Source: Chiloscyllium plagiosum
Lineage: Eukaryota
Reading direction: 5' to 3'
Assembly (NCBI RefSeq): GCF_004010195.1
Contig: NC_057757.1
Coordinates: forward strand, 1 to 46,686
DNA: 46,686 nt
In this document: positions 36,698 to 46,686 of the stretch, piece after piece
Numbering within the stretch: the stretch's first letter is position 1
Layout of the letters: each line of letters begins with the position of its first letter
Notes under the pieces: generated by a model
What the model saw: only the letters and a program-made list of their open reading frames with translations
Databases searched by the model: none
What the model was told of the DNA's origin: nothing
Program-made: the position numbers and the translations under genes

Positions 36698-37848
36698 AGA
36701 CCATAAGACCTAGGAACAGAAATTAGGCCATTCAGCCCATCGAGTCTGCTCGGCCATTCAATCATGGCTGATAAGTTTCTCAACCCCTTTCTCCCCCGTT
36801 CTCCCCATAAACCCTTGATCCCCTTGATACTCAAGACCCTATCTATCTCAGTCTTACATATACTCAATGACCTGGCCTCCACAGCCCTCCATCGATTCCC
36901 CACTCTTTAGCTGAAGATGTTTCTCCTTCTCTCCATTCTAAAAGGTCTTCCCTTTACTCTGAGGCTGTGCCTCGGGTCTGAGTCTCTCCTACCGATGGAA
37001 ACATCTTCCCAGCATCCACTCTATCCAGGCCATTCAGTATTCTGTATGTTTCAATTAGATCCCCACTCATCCTTCTAAACTCCATGGAATATAGACCCAG
37101 AGTCCTCAAATGTTCCTCATACATTAAGATTTTAATTCCTGGGACCATTCTCGTGAACCTCCTCTGAACACGCTCCAAGGTCAGTACATCCTCCCTGAGA
37201 CATGGGGCTCAAAACTGCGCACAATACTCCAAATGTGGTCTGACCAGAGCCTTATACAGCCTCAGAAGTGCATTCCTGCTTATATTTAACTCCTCTCAAA
37301 ATAAATGCCATCATTGCGTTTGCCTTCCTAATTACTGACTCAGCCTGCAGGTTTACCTTGAGAGAATCCTGGACTAGGACTCCCCAAGTCTCTTTGCACT
37401 TCAGATTTCTGAATTTTCTCCCCATTTCGAAAACAGTCCATGCCTCTATTCTTCCCACCAAAGTGCATGACCTCACACTTTCCCACATTGTATTCCATCT
37501 GCCACATCTTTGCCCACTCTCCTAACCTGTCCAGATCCTCCTACAGCCTCCCCGCCTCCTCAATACTACCTGTCCCTCTACCTATCTTTGTATCGTCTGC
37601 AAACCTCACCAGAATGTCCTCAGTCACTTCATCCAGATCATTAATGTTTAAAGTGAAAAGTTGTGGTCCCAACACTGAATCATGCGGAACACCACTTGTC
37701 ACCAGCTGCCATCCTGAGAAGGAGCCTTTTATCCCGACTCTCTGCTTCCTGTCAGACAAGCCAAGCTTCAATCCATGCTAGCACCTTGCCTCTGACACCC
37801 TGGGGCCCTAATCTTACTCAGCAACCTCCTGTGCGGCACATTGTCAAA
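36698..37848 (-). mobile_element. CR1 LINE RT fragment, second subfamily
   Basis: Minus VTSGVPHDSVLGPQLF..INDL..FADDTKIG, ERVQRRFTRM; accataagacc tail. Confidence 0.9.
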
Positions 37849-38134
37849 GGTCATCCCCATACAGTTAATATCTTTGAAGTGCAATAACTGCTATAGAGTA
37901 GCCAAATATACCAGTCATTTATGTACAGCAACATGGCAAAAAACAGATAATCAAAGGAATATCCCAACAGTCACTTTTATAAAGGGCCAGGACACTGTCC
38001 TTTCTGATAATGACATTGAAGTATCACTGTCCAAAAGGGCTGATAGACAAGGCCATGGTTTAATGTCTCATCTCAAATATGTGGTCTCTCTGAGGGCCTT
38101 GCTGTCTCATAAAAAACAGAAATGTGGTTAATAT

Positions 38135-39400
38135 GATATCCCTCAGCATAAAAGGAATATTGTTAATTCCACACTCTGTCAGTAACAAACAGGAATATTG
38201 TTAATACCACACTCTCTCAGTAATAGGCAGGAATATTGTTCACACTCTCTCAGTAATAGGCAGGAATATTGTTCACACTCTCTCAGTAACAGACAGGAAT
38301 ACCGTTAACACCACACTCTCTCAGTAATAGGCAGGAATATTGTTAACACCACACTCTCTCAGTAACAGACAGGAATACCATTAACACCACACTGTTTCAG
38401 TAACCAACAGGAACACCGTTAATACCACACTGTCTCAGTAACAGACAGGAATATTGTTAATACCACACTCTCTCAGTAACAGACAGGAATATTGTTAATA
38501 CCACACTCTGTCAGTACAGACAGGAATATTGTTAATACCACACTCTGTCAGTAACAGACAGGAATACTGTTAATACCACACTCTGTCAGTAAGAGACAGG
38601 AATACTGTTAATATCACATTCTCTCAGTAACAGACCGGAATACTGTTAATACCACACTCTCTCAGTAACAGACAGGAATACTGTTAATACCACACTCTGT
38701 CAGTAACAGACAGGAATACCGTTAATACCACACTCTCTCAGTAACAGACCGGAATACTGTTAATACCACACTCTGTCAGTAACAGACAGGAATACCGTTA
38801 ATACCACACTCTGTCAGTAACAGACAGGAATACCGTTAATACCACACCCTCTTAGTAACAGACAGGAATACTGTTAATACCACACTCTGTCAGTAACAGA
38901 CAGGAATACCGTTAATACCACACTCTGTCAGTAACAGACAGGAATACCGTTACTACTAATCTCTCTTAATAACAGACAGGAATATTGTTAATACCACACA
39001 TAGTCAGTAACAGATAGGAATACGATTAATACCACACTCTCTCATTAACTGACAGGAATACCGTTAATACCACACTCTCTCAGTAACAGACAGGAATACC
39101 TTTAATACCACACTCTCTCAGTAACAGACAGGAATACTGTTAATACCACACTCTCTCAGTAACAGACAGGAATACTGTTAATACCACAATCTGTCAGTAA
39201 CAAACAGGAATATTGTTAATACCACACTCTCTCAGTAACAGACAGGAATACTGTTAATACCACACTCTCTCAGTAACAGACAGGAATACTGTTAATACCA
39301 CAATCTGTCAGTAACAAACTGGAATATTGTTAATACCACACTCTCTCAGTAACAGACAGGAACCCTGTTCTTATCAAACCCTCCCCCAGTAACAGAGATG
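38135..39400 (+). repeat. 38-bp minisatellite, about 33 copies
   Basis: Unit CAGTAACAGACAGGAATACTGTTAATACCACACTCTCT; period 38 (38663, 38701). Confidence 0.95.
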
Positions 39401-39878
39401 AACACAGTTTGTACTGCACACTCAATCAGTAACTCCCCCATCAAACACCCACAGGACAGGGACAGCACAGGGTTAGATACAGAGTATAGCTCCTTCTACA
39501 GGAACAGCATGGGATGAGGTGTAGCGTAAAGTTTCCTCTGCAACATCCCAATAATATGCATACTTGCATTGTTCCTGAGAAGGACTGTAACTCCTGCTGT
39601 TAGTTCTGAACCTGCCCAATTAAAAGTGGTAGTGACAGCTTTGATAGACCAGAGGACAGGTACAGTTGATAAAAATATTTAACTCATCTGTTAGCTTATA
39701 GTCTGCCTGATGTCACAGCTAACTGTCTGTAAAATAGTTCCGTGTCTTCTTGTAGACCTCCATTGCTCCTATTCCAAGTGTTCCTTACTCGTGGTGTGGG
39801 GAAAACCTACATTTATTTTCAATGATTATACCGCACATTTTCAGTCTAGCCAACATTCAGTCCTTCATTTCATCACAG

Positions 39879-39989
39879 ATGCTCATCACTGCAAGCCAGA
39901 TTCAGTGGACCACTGATGTGACCAAGGCTCTGGTGACAGCCAAGGAACAAGGGGAGAAGAAACCTGTCCGTGTTATTAAAAGGAAGCAG
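39879..39989 (+). CDS. DNAH2: DNAH2 exon 18 of 19
   Basis: tcacag|...CAG|gtgggt; 111 nt; MLITASQIQWTTDVTKAL...KRKQ. Confidence 0.95.
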
Positions 39990-40402
39990 GTGGGTTCAGC
40001 TTGGTGATGCACTGATCCTGAATTCTGGCAATGCCTACATATTTCATTCCAAGGTGGGAGACCATAAACTGACTGTCCAAGAACTGCACAGTGCTCAGAG
40101 CTCTACTTCCCAGTGACTGAGAGTCATACAGATGTCCAGCATGGAAACAGGCCTGTTGGTTTAATTAGTCCATGTCGACCAGACTATTCTAACCTAATCT
40201 GGTCCCATTTGCCAGTATTTGGCCCATATTCCTCTAAACCCTTCCTATTTATTTACCCACCCAGATGTCTTTTAAATGCTGTAATTGTGCCAGCCTCCAC
40301 CACTTCCTCTGGCAGCTCATTTCATTCACGCACCACCCTCTGTGTGAAAACATTTCCCCTTAGGTCTCTCTTAAATCTTTCCACTCTCATCCTAAACCTA
40401 TG

Positions 40403-40556
40403 ATTTGGAGATGGCGGTGTTGGACTGGGGTGTACAAAGTTAAAAATCACACAACACCAGGTTATAGTCCTGATGAAAGAGCAATGCTCTGAAAGCTAGT
40501 GTGCTTCCAAATAAACCTGTCGGACTATAACCTGGTGTTGTGTGATTTTTAACTTT
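40403..40556. mobile_element. Penelope-like inverted-repeat insertion in CR1
   Basis: 11-bp duplication CTAAACCTATG (40392-40402, 40557-40567); perfect 35-bp inverted repeat 40436-40470 / 40522-40556. Confidence 0.72.
40467..40501 (+). ncRNA. Minimal hammerhead ribozyme motif, intact core, weak stem I
   Basis: gtc-CTGATGA-A-AGAGC-aat-GCTCT-GAAA-GCTA-GTG. Confidence 0.62.
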
Positions 40557-43280
40557 CTAAACCTATGCCCTCTCATTTTGGACTCCCTGACCCTATCCAT
40601 GCCCCTCTTGATTTTATAAGCCTCTATAAAGTCACCTCTCAGGCCCTGATGCTCCAGCGAAAATAGCCTCAGCTTATTGAGCCTCTCCCACTAGCTCAAA
40701 CCCTCCAACCATGGCAACATTGTGAATCTTTCAAGTTTCACAAGATCCCTATAGCAGGAAGAGCAGAATTGCATGCAATATTCCAAAAGTGGCTTAACCA
40801 ATGTCCTGTTCAGCCGCAACATGATGTTCTAACTCCTGTAACTCAATACTCTGACCAATAAATCTACCTGCGACTCCACTTTCAAAGAAATGTGAACCTG
40901 CACTCCAAGGTCTCTTTGTTCAGCAACACTCCCTTGGACCTTACCATTAAGTGTATACGTCCTGCCCTTATTTGCCTTTCCAAAATGCAACACCTCACAT
41001 TTATCTGAATTAAACTCCATCTGCCACTTCTCAGCCCATCTGATCAAGATCCTTTTGTACTCTTCTTCGCTGTCCACTACACCTCCAATTTTGGTGTCAT
41101 CTGCAAACTTACTAACTGTACCTCTTATGCTCGCATCCAAATCATTTATATGAATCATGAAAAGCAGTGGAACCAGCACCGATCCTTGTGGCACTCTATT
41201 GGTCACAGGCCTCCAGTCTGAAACACAACCCTCCACCACCACCCTCTGTCTTATACCTTTGAGCTAGTTCTGTATCCAAATGGCTAGTTCTCCCTGTATT
41301 CCGTGAGATCTAACCTTGCTAACCTGTCTCCCATGGGGAACCTTGTCGAATGTCTTACTGAAGTCCATATAGATCACATCTACCGCTCTGCCCTCATTAA
41401 TCCTCTTTGTTAATTCTTCAAAAAACTCAATCAAGTTTGTGAGACATGATTTCCCACGCACAAAGCCATGTTGACTATCCCTAATCAGTCCTTGCCTTTC
41501 CAAATACATGTACGTCCTGTCCCTCAGGATTCCCTCCAACAACTTACATACCACCGATGTCAGGCTCATCCAACTATAGTTTCCTGGCTGGTCCTTAGCA
41601 GCTTTCTTAAATAGTGGAACTACGTTAGCCAACCTCCAGTCTTCCGGCACCTCACCTGTGACTATCGATGATACAAATATCTCAGCAAGAGGCCCAGCAA
41701 TCACTTCTCTAGCTTCCCACAGGGTTCTCGGGTACACCTGACCAGGACCTGGGGATTTATCCACCTTTATGCGTTTCAAGACATCCAGCGCTCCTCCTCT
41801 CTAATATGGACCTTTTCAAGATGTCACCATCTATTTCCCTACATTCGATATCTTCCTGTGACTATCGATGATACAAATATCTCAGCAAGAGGCCCCACAA
41901 TCACTTCCCTAGCTTCCCACAGAGTTCTAGGGTACACCTGATCAGGTTCTGGGAATTTATCCACCTTTATGCATTTTAAGCCTCTAGCACCACCTCCTCT
42001 GTAATATGGACATTTTTCAAGATGTTGCTATTTATTTCCCTAAATTCTTTATCTTCCATATCCTTCTCCAAAGTAAACACTAATGCAAAATACTTACTTA
42101 GTATATCCCCCATCTCCTGCAGCTCCACAGGCCGCCTTGCTGATCTTTAAAAGGGGCCCTATACTCTCCCTAGTTAGTCTTTTGTCCTTAATGCATTTGT
42201 GAGATGTCTTTAGATTCTCCTTAACCCTAGTTGACAAAGCTATCTCATGTTCCCTTTTTGCCTTCCTTATTTTATATTAACTATACACCTACTGCCTTTA
42301 TATTCATCTCAGGACCCAGGGATAGCCTCGGGTTCGAGTGGTTCGGGTTATAGCTCTTCCTAAAGCAGAAAATGCTAAGTGGAGTGGTGGGAAGATATGT
42401 TTCACACTATGCAATCTTTACACAGTTTGGATATTGAGAACCTCGAATGAGGAAGTACATGAGAGGGAAGAATACCTTGGTTTGGCAAAGTCGAGTTAGG
42501 ATTTAGAACATGCTGCCTGGGAGAGTGGTGTTTTTCAAAAGGAAATTAGATACATCTTTAATAGAAAATCTAACTCACAGATATGTGCAAAGGGCAAGCT
42601 GGAAAGACAGAAATGTGAGTTGGTGGGACTAACCTGTCTAAAAGGCTGGGACAGACTGAATGGGCCAAATTCCACTCTCAGGTTCTAAATTTGGTGGGAA
42701 AGTTGGCTGAAGGTCATCCAGTTTTTTTTGTCAGGCGTGCTTGCTGCCATCAGCTTGTACAGATGCACTTCAGTAACATCATGAACTGGTGACAGTGGCT
42801 TGTTGTACTGTTGGGTATTGTCAGCTGCAGCAACAGGCTCTACCGTCACTGGTCTGTTCTATCCCCTACCTTCATCCTCATTCATCAGCTGGGTTCCCAC
42901 CATGGGTTTTGGAAACATAATCTCTGTGCTCTGTTCTGTTCTGCTGCAGAAATTGTCCCAATGTTTGGAGCCTTCCCTTTTATGTAATCCTGGGTTGTTG
43001 TGTATTCACTAGCTCCCTATATCTTATTTTATCTGATTTACCTCTAACTCTAAATCCAAATGGTACAGTTACAGAACTTTAAAACATAGAATTTACAGAA
43101 ATTTCAACAAACTTGGTCAATACACGGAGCCCCAAGTTTTTGAACATAGAACAGTAGAGCACAGAACAGGTCCTTCAGCCCACGATGTTGTGCTGGCATT
43201 TGTCCTACTCTAAGATCAGACTAGCCTACATACCCCTCATTGTACTATCTTCCATCTGCCTATCAAAGAGTCAGTTAAAT

Positions 43281-43611
43281 GGGCAGCACGGTGGCTCAGT
43301 GGTTAGCACTGCTGCCTCACAGCACCAGGGATCTCAGTTTGATTCCAGTCTCAGGCGACTGTCTGAGTGGAGTTTGTACGTTCTCCCCGTGTCTGCATGG
43401 GTGCTCCAGTTTCCTTCCACAATCCAAAGGTGTGCAGATCAGGTGAATTGGCCATGTTAAATTGCCCGTAGTGTTAAGTGTATTCGTCAGGGTTAAATGT
43501 AGGGTAGAGGAATGGGTCTGGGTGGGTTACTCTTCAAAGGGTTGGTGTGGACTTATTGGGGGGGGGGGGGCAAAGGGTCTGTTTCCATACTGTAGGGAAT
43601 CTACTCTAACC
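43281..43611 (+). mobile_element. V-SINE inserted in a minus-strand CR1-type 3' fragment (about 43142-43630)
   Basis: Full head to tail; TAAAT duplication 43276-43280 / 43612-43616; internal poly-G. Confidence 0.85.
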
Positions 43612-44200
43612 TAAATGTCCCCAATGTATTTTCTCTCATTTAACTCTAAGTGTGAAGTCAGTCAGTCCAGCTTCACCTTCCTTCTTCAACAATCAACTAC
43701 AATTACATAGGTCAATGAACAGGCCAACACAATCATTTCCAATTCCCATTAATACTGCATGGGGGAATCGATACTGGATGTACTTTGGCAGGGATTCCAA
43801 ACGTGCAGGCTCTGGACTCCTAACGGGTTACTTTGGGGTTGAAATCTCTAAAACAACAATGGTCCCACTTGGGCCCCTGACTGAGTTATAATGACTGTGC
43901 TCCAGCTCTAGCAGGTCCCCATCCATCACCCTGACTCTCACAGTCTCCCCAGTGCACTCTCCCAGGTCACACTGAGGGGTCATAACAACTTGCAGGCCTC
44001 AGAAATTAGGCCACAGTGGGATAAAACTTTGGGAGCACTGCACTAAAGGTCGGGGGCTGGGCGAGAAAGGAGAAGATGTGGAGAGAGAGAGAAAGAGAGA
44101 GGGGGGCGCAGGGTGAAAGAAGTAACCCTGTTATAATTGAGATTCGCTGGACAGTTAGTGCTTTCATTAAACCCTAACCTTAACATCACTACCTTTGCAG

Positions 44201-44389
44201 GTGAGCATGCTACGCAAGTATTCCGAAGCTATCCGTGGAAATCTGACTAAGATCATGCGCCTGAAGATCGTGGCTTTGGTGACAGTGGAAGTTCATGCAA
44301 GAGATGTCATCGACAAACTGTACAAGCTGGGGTGTATGGACGTGACTTCGTTTGATTGGCTCAGTCAACTTCGCCTTTACTGGGACAAG
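44201..44389 (+). CDS. DNAH2: DNAH2 exon 19 of 19 (gene continues past window)
   Basis: tttgcag|...AAG|gtagat; 189 nt; YSEAIRGNLTKIMRLKIVALVTVEVHARDV...FDWLSQLRLYW. Confidence 0.97.
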
Positions 44390-44852
44390 GTAGATGGGGC
44401 ATCTTTAGCCAAATCCAAATCTGAGCTCAACTCCACTCCCCTCTCAATTTTAATAGAAATGTTTTCTCCCCTACTCTGCCAATGATCTCCGATGTTTCTC
44501 TCAATTCCTGCATGAGGCTGGCCATCAAAGATGAAGATCCTTGACATGGAATATTAACCCTTAATTTTCTTCTCCATAGAAGCTGTCTGATCTGCCGAGT
44601 GTTTTCCTCATGATCTGTTTTTATTTCAGATTTATAGCATCTGTAATACTGTGCTTTCCACATTTCTGTGGGTCTGGCATCACAGGGGTAAGGGCATCAG
44701 TGAAGCAGTTGGGTTTTTATGACAATCCAGTGTGCACCTTTACTGTGATTAGCCCTTTTTAAACTCATGTGAGTGAGTCATAGGGACATTGGAACAATAA
44801 TAGGCCATTTGGCCCTTTGATCCATCTCCGCCATTGTCAAATACAGTGCTGC

Positions 44853-45602
44853 TGTGGTTACAGAGTTTCTGCCTGTTATTGAGGGAATGCAGTATTAACA
44901 GAGTTCTTGTCTATTACTGAGGGAGTGTAGTATTAATGGAGTTACTGTCTATTACTGAGGGACTGTGGTATTAACAGAGTTATTGGCTATTACTGAGGGA
45001 CTGTGGTATTAACAGAGTTATTGGCTATTACTGAGGGATTGTGGTACTAATGGAGTTACTGTCTATTACTGAGGGACTGTGGTATTAACAGAGTTATTGG
45101 CTATTACTGAGGGACTGTGGTATTAACAAAGTTATTGGCTATTACTGAGGGATTGTGGTATTAATGGAGTTACTGTCTATTACTGAGGGATTGTAGTATT
45201 AATGGAGTTACTGTCTATTACTGAGGGATTGTGGTATTAATGGAGTTACTGTCTATTACTACTGAGGGATTGTGGTATTAATGGAGTTACTGTCTATTAC
45301 TGAGGGACTGTGGTATTAACAGTTATTGTCTATTACTGAGGGATTGTGGTAGTAATGGAGTTACTGTCTACTACTGAGGGACTGTGGTATTAACAGAGTT
45401 ATTGTCTATTATTGAGGGACTGTAATATTAAGAGAGTTATTGTCTATTACTGAGGGACTGTGGTATTAACAGAGTTATTGTCTATTATTGAGGGACTGTG
45501 GTATTTACAGAGTATTGTCTATTGCTGAGGGACTGTGGTATTAACAGAGTTATTGTCTATTATTGAGGGACTGTGGTATTAACAGAGTTATTGTCTATTA
45601 CT
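44853..45602 (-). repeat. 38-bp minisatellite, about 20 copies, inverted relative of the 38-kb array
   Basis: Plus unit TATTACTGAGGGACTGTGGTATTAACAGAGTTATTGTC; reverse complement matches the 38-kb unit at 31/38. Confidence 0.92.
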
Positions 45603-46223
45603 AAGTTTCAGTTCCATTATTCTATCTAACTCTTCAAAACACTTAAGTTCCTTGTCTACCAAACATCGATCGAACTCTGCTTAGAATATTACCCATCCAT
45701 GCTATTATTCCATACAGGGCACACAGGCAAGAACTGCCCACCAAAACTCACAAAGGTAGGTAACACTGCTGGGATTGGTCATCACAGACAAACATAACTC
45801 AGTGCTTTATCCCACAGACACACTGACCTCCTGCATGTGTCCTGAGGTGGTATTTTGGCTGAATTCAGCAGAACACAAGTGAACAATTCAAGCCCAGATA
45901 GTTAGAGCTCTGCACGGTTCAACTGCTTGTTGCTTTGCAGCGATGTCCGTGCATCTGTTTTATTAAGAGTGAGTTGAGTGCTGGAAGATGGAAGAGATCC
46001 AGAGAAGATGTAATAAATCCAGAAGTAGTGTGCAGGCCAACACATGAACTACCCAGAGATAAACTATTATATTTTGTTAACACCTACCATTTACACTTCC
46101 ACTTCATCTATGTTCCTCCTCTACTACCGTGAGCACTCACTTTGTGTTTTGCTCTGGGTATTCAAATCATCTTTTCCACTTTCTCCTCCTCCCCTTTATC
46201 AACAGTGTGAAAACTATCATCTC

Positions 46224-46686
46224 GGTGGCTCAGGGGCTAGCACTGCTGCCTCACAGTGCCAGGGACCTAGGTTCAGTTCCACCTTTGGCTGACTGTCTGG
46301 ATGGAGTTTGCTCATTCTCCCTTTTTAGATTAGATTAGATTAGATTAGATTAGATTAGATTATCAGGGGCTACACTGCTGCCTCACAGTGCCAGGGACCT
46401 AGGTTCAGTTCCACCTTTGGCTGACTGTCTGGATGGAGTTTGCTCATTCTCCCTTTTTAGATTAGATTAGATTAGATTAGATTAGATTAGATTAGATTAG
46501 ATTAGATTAGATTACTTACAGTGTGGAAACAGGCCCTTCGGCCCAACAAGTCCACACCGACCCGCCGAAGCGCAACCCACCCATACCTCTACATTTACCC
46601 CTTTAACATAACACTACGGGCAATTTAGCATGGCCAATTCACCTGACCCGCACATTTTTGGACTGTGGGAGGAAACCGGAGCACCC
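46224..46686. mobile_element. Duplicated V-SINE head (+) with (TTAGA)n runs, then minus-strand V-SINE cut by the window edge
   Basis: 133-bp period repeat starting at 46230 and 46363; minus SINE body from about 46514. Confidence 0.8.

Larger units (their letters stand above)
40115..42310 (-). mobile_element. CR1 LINE ORF2 fragment, about 2.2 kb, decayed
   Basis: Minus KSPGP..VPEDWRLANVVPLFKK..QHGFVRGKSCLTNLIEFFE..DFSKTFDKVPH, PQGSVL, FADDTKIGG. Confidence 0.93.

Noticed and set aside
40829..41779. Active reverse transcriptase gene
   Set aside because: CR1 ORF2 is 5'-truncated, broken by stops and frameshifts, and interrupted by insertions.
45941..45970. Possible next DNAH2 exon after tgctttgcag
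   Set aside because: The phase-0 translation RCPCICFIK does not resemble the expected next dynein segment (D..CVIRQTNT as recalled), so the exon is probably beyond the window.

Overview
Eukaryotic, intron-rich vertebrate DNA. The repeat content (HE1-like V-SINEs, CR1 LINEs, Penelope remnants) points to a shark or other elasmobranch (inference). The + strand carries 19 consecutive GT-AG coding exons (698-44389; 3036 nt, 1012 codons, splice phases consistent, no stops noticed) of an axonemal dynein heavy chain matching DNAH2 as I recall it, covering the tail/linker region just before AAA1. The gene extends beyond both window edges. Introns contain CR1 LINE fragments, tRNA-derived V-SINEs, Deu-domain-like SINEs, Rex1/Babar-like remnants and a solo LTR. 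Main observations: (1) about 12 short Penelope-type terminal-repeat remnants, most carrying minimal hammerhead-ribozyme motifs (CUGANGA-A-stem II-GAAA-palindromic stem III), a few with intact cores, two of these on the pre-mRNA strand; (2) tandem arrays that arose inside SINEs (about 54 x 53 bp in a V-SINE, about 37 x 33 bp in a Deu-like SINE); (3) two related 38-bp arrays in inverted orientation bracketing an in-frame 300-nt exon pair. Everything was read by eye, with no searches run. Repeat boundaries and copy numbers are approximate.
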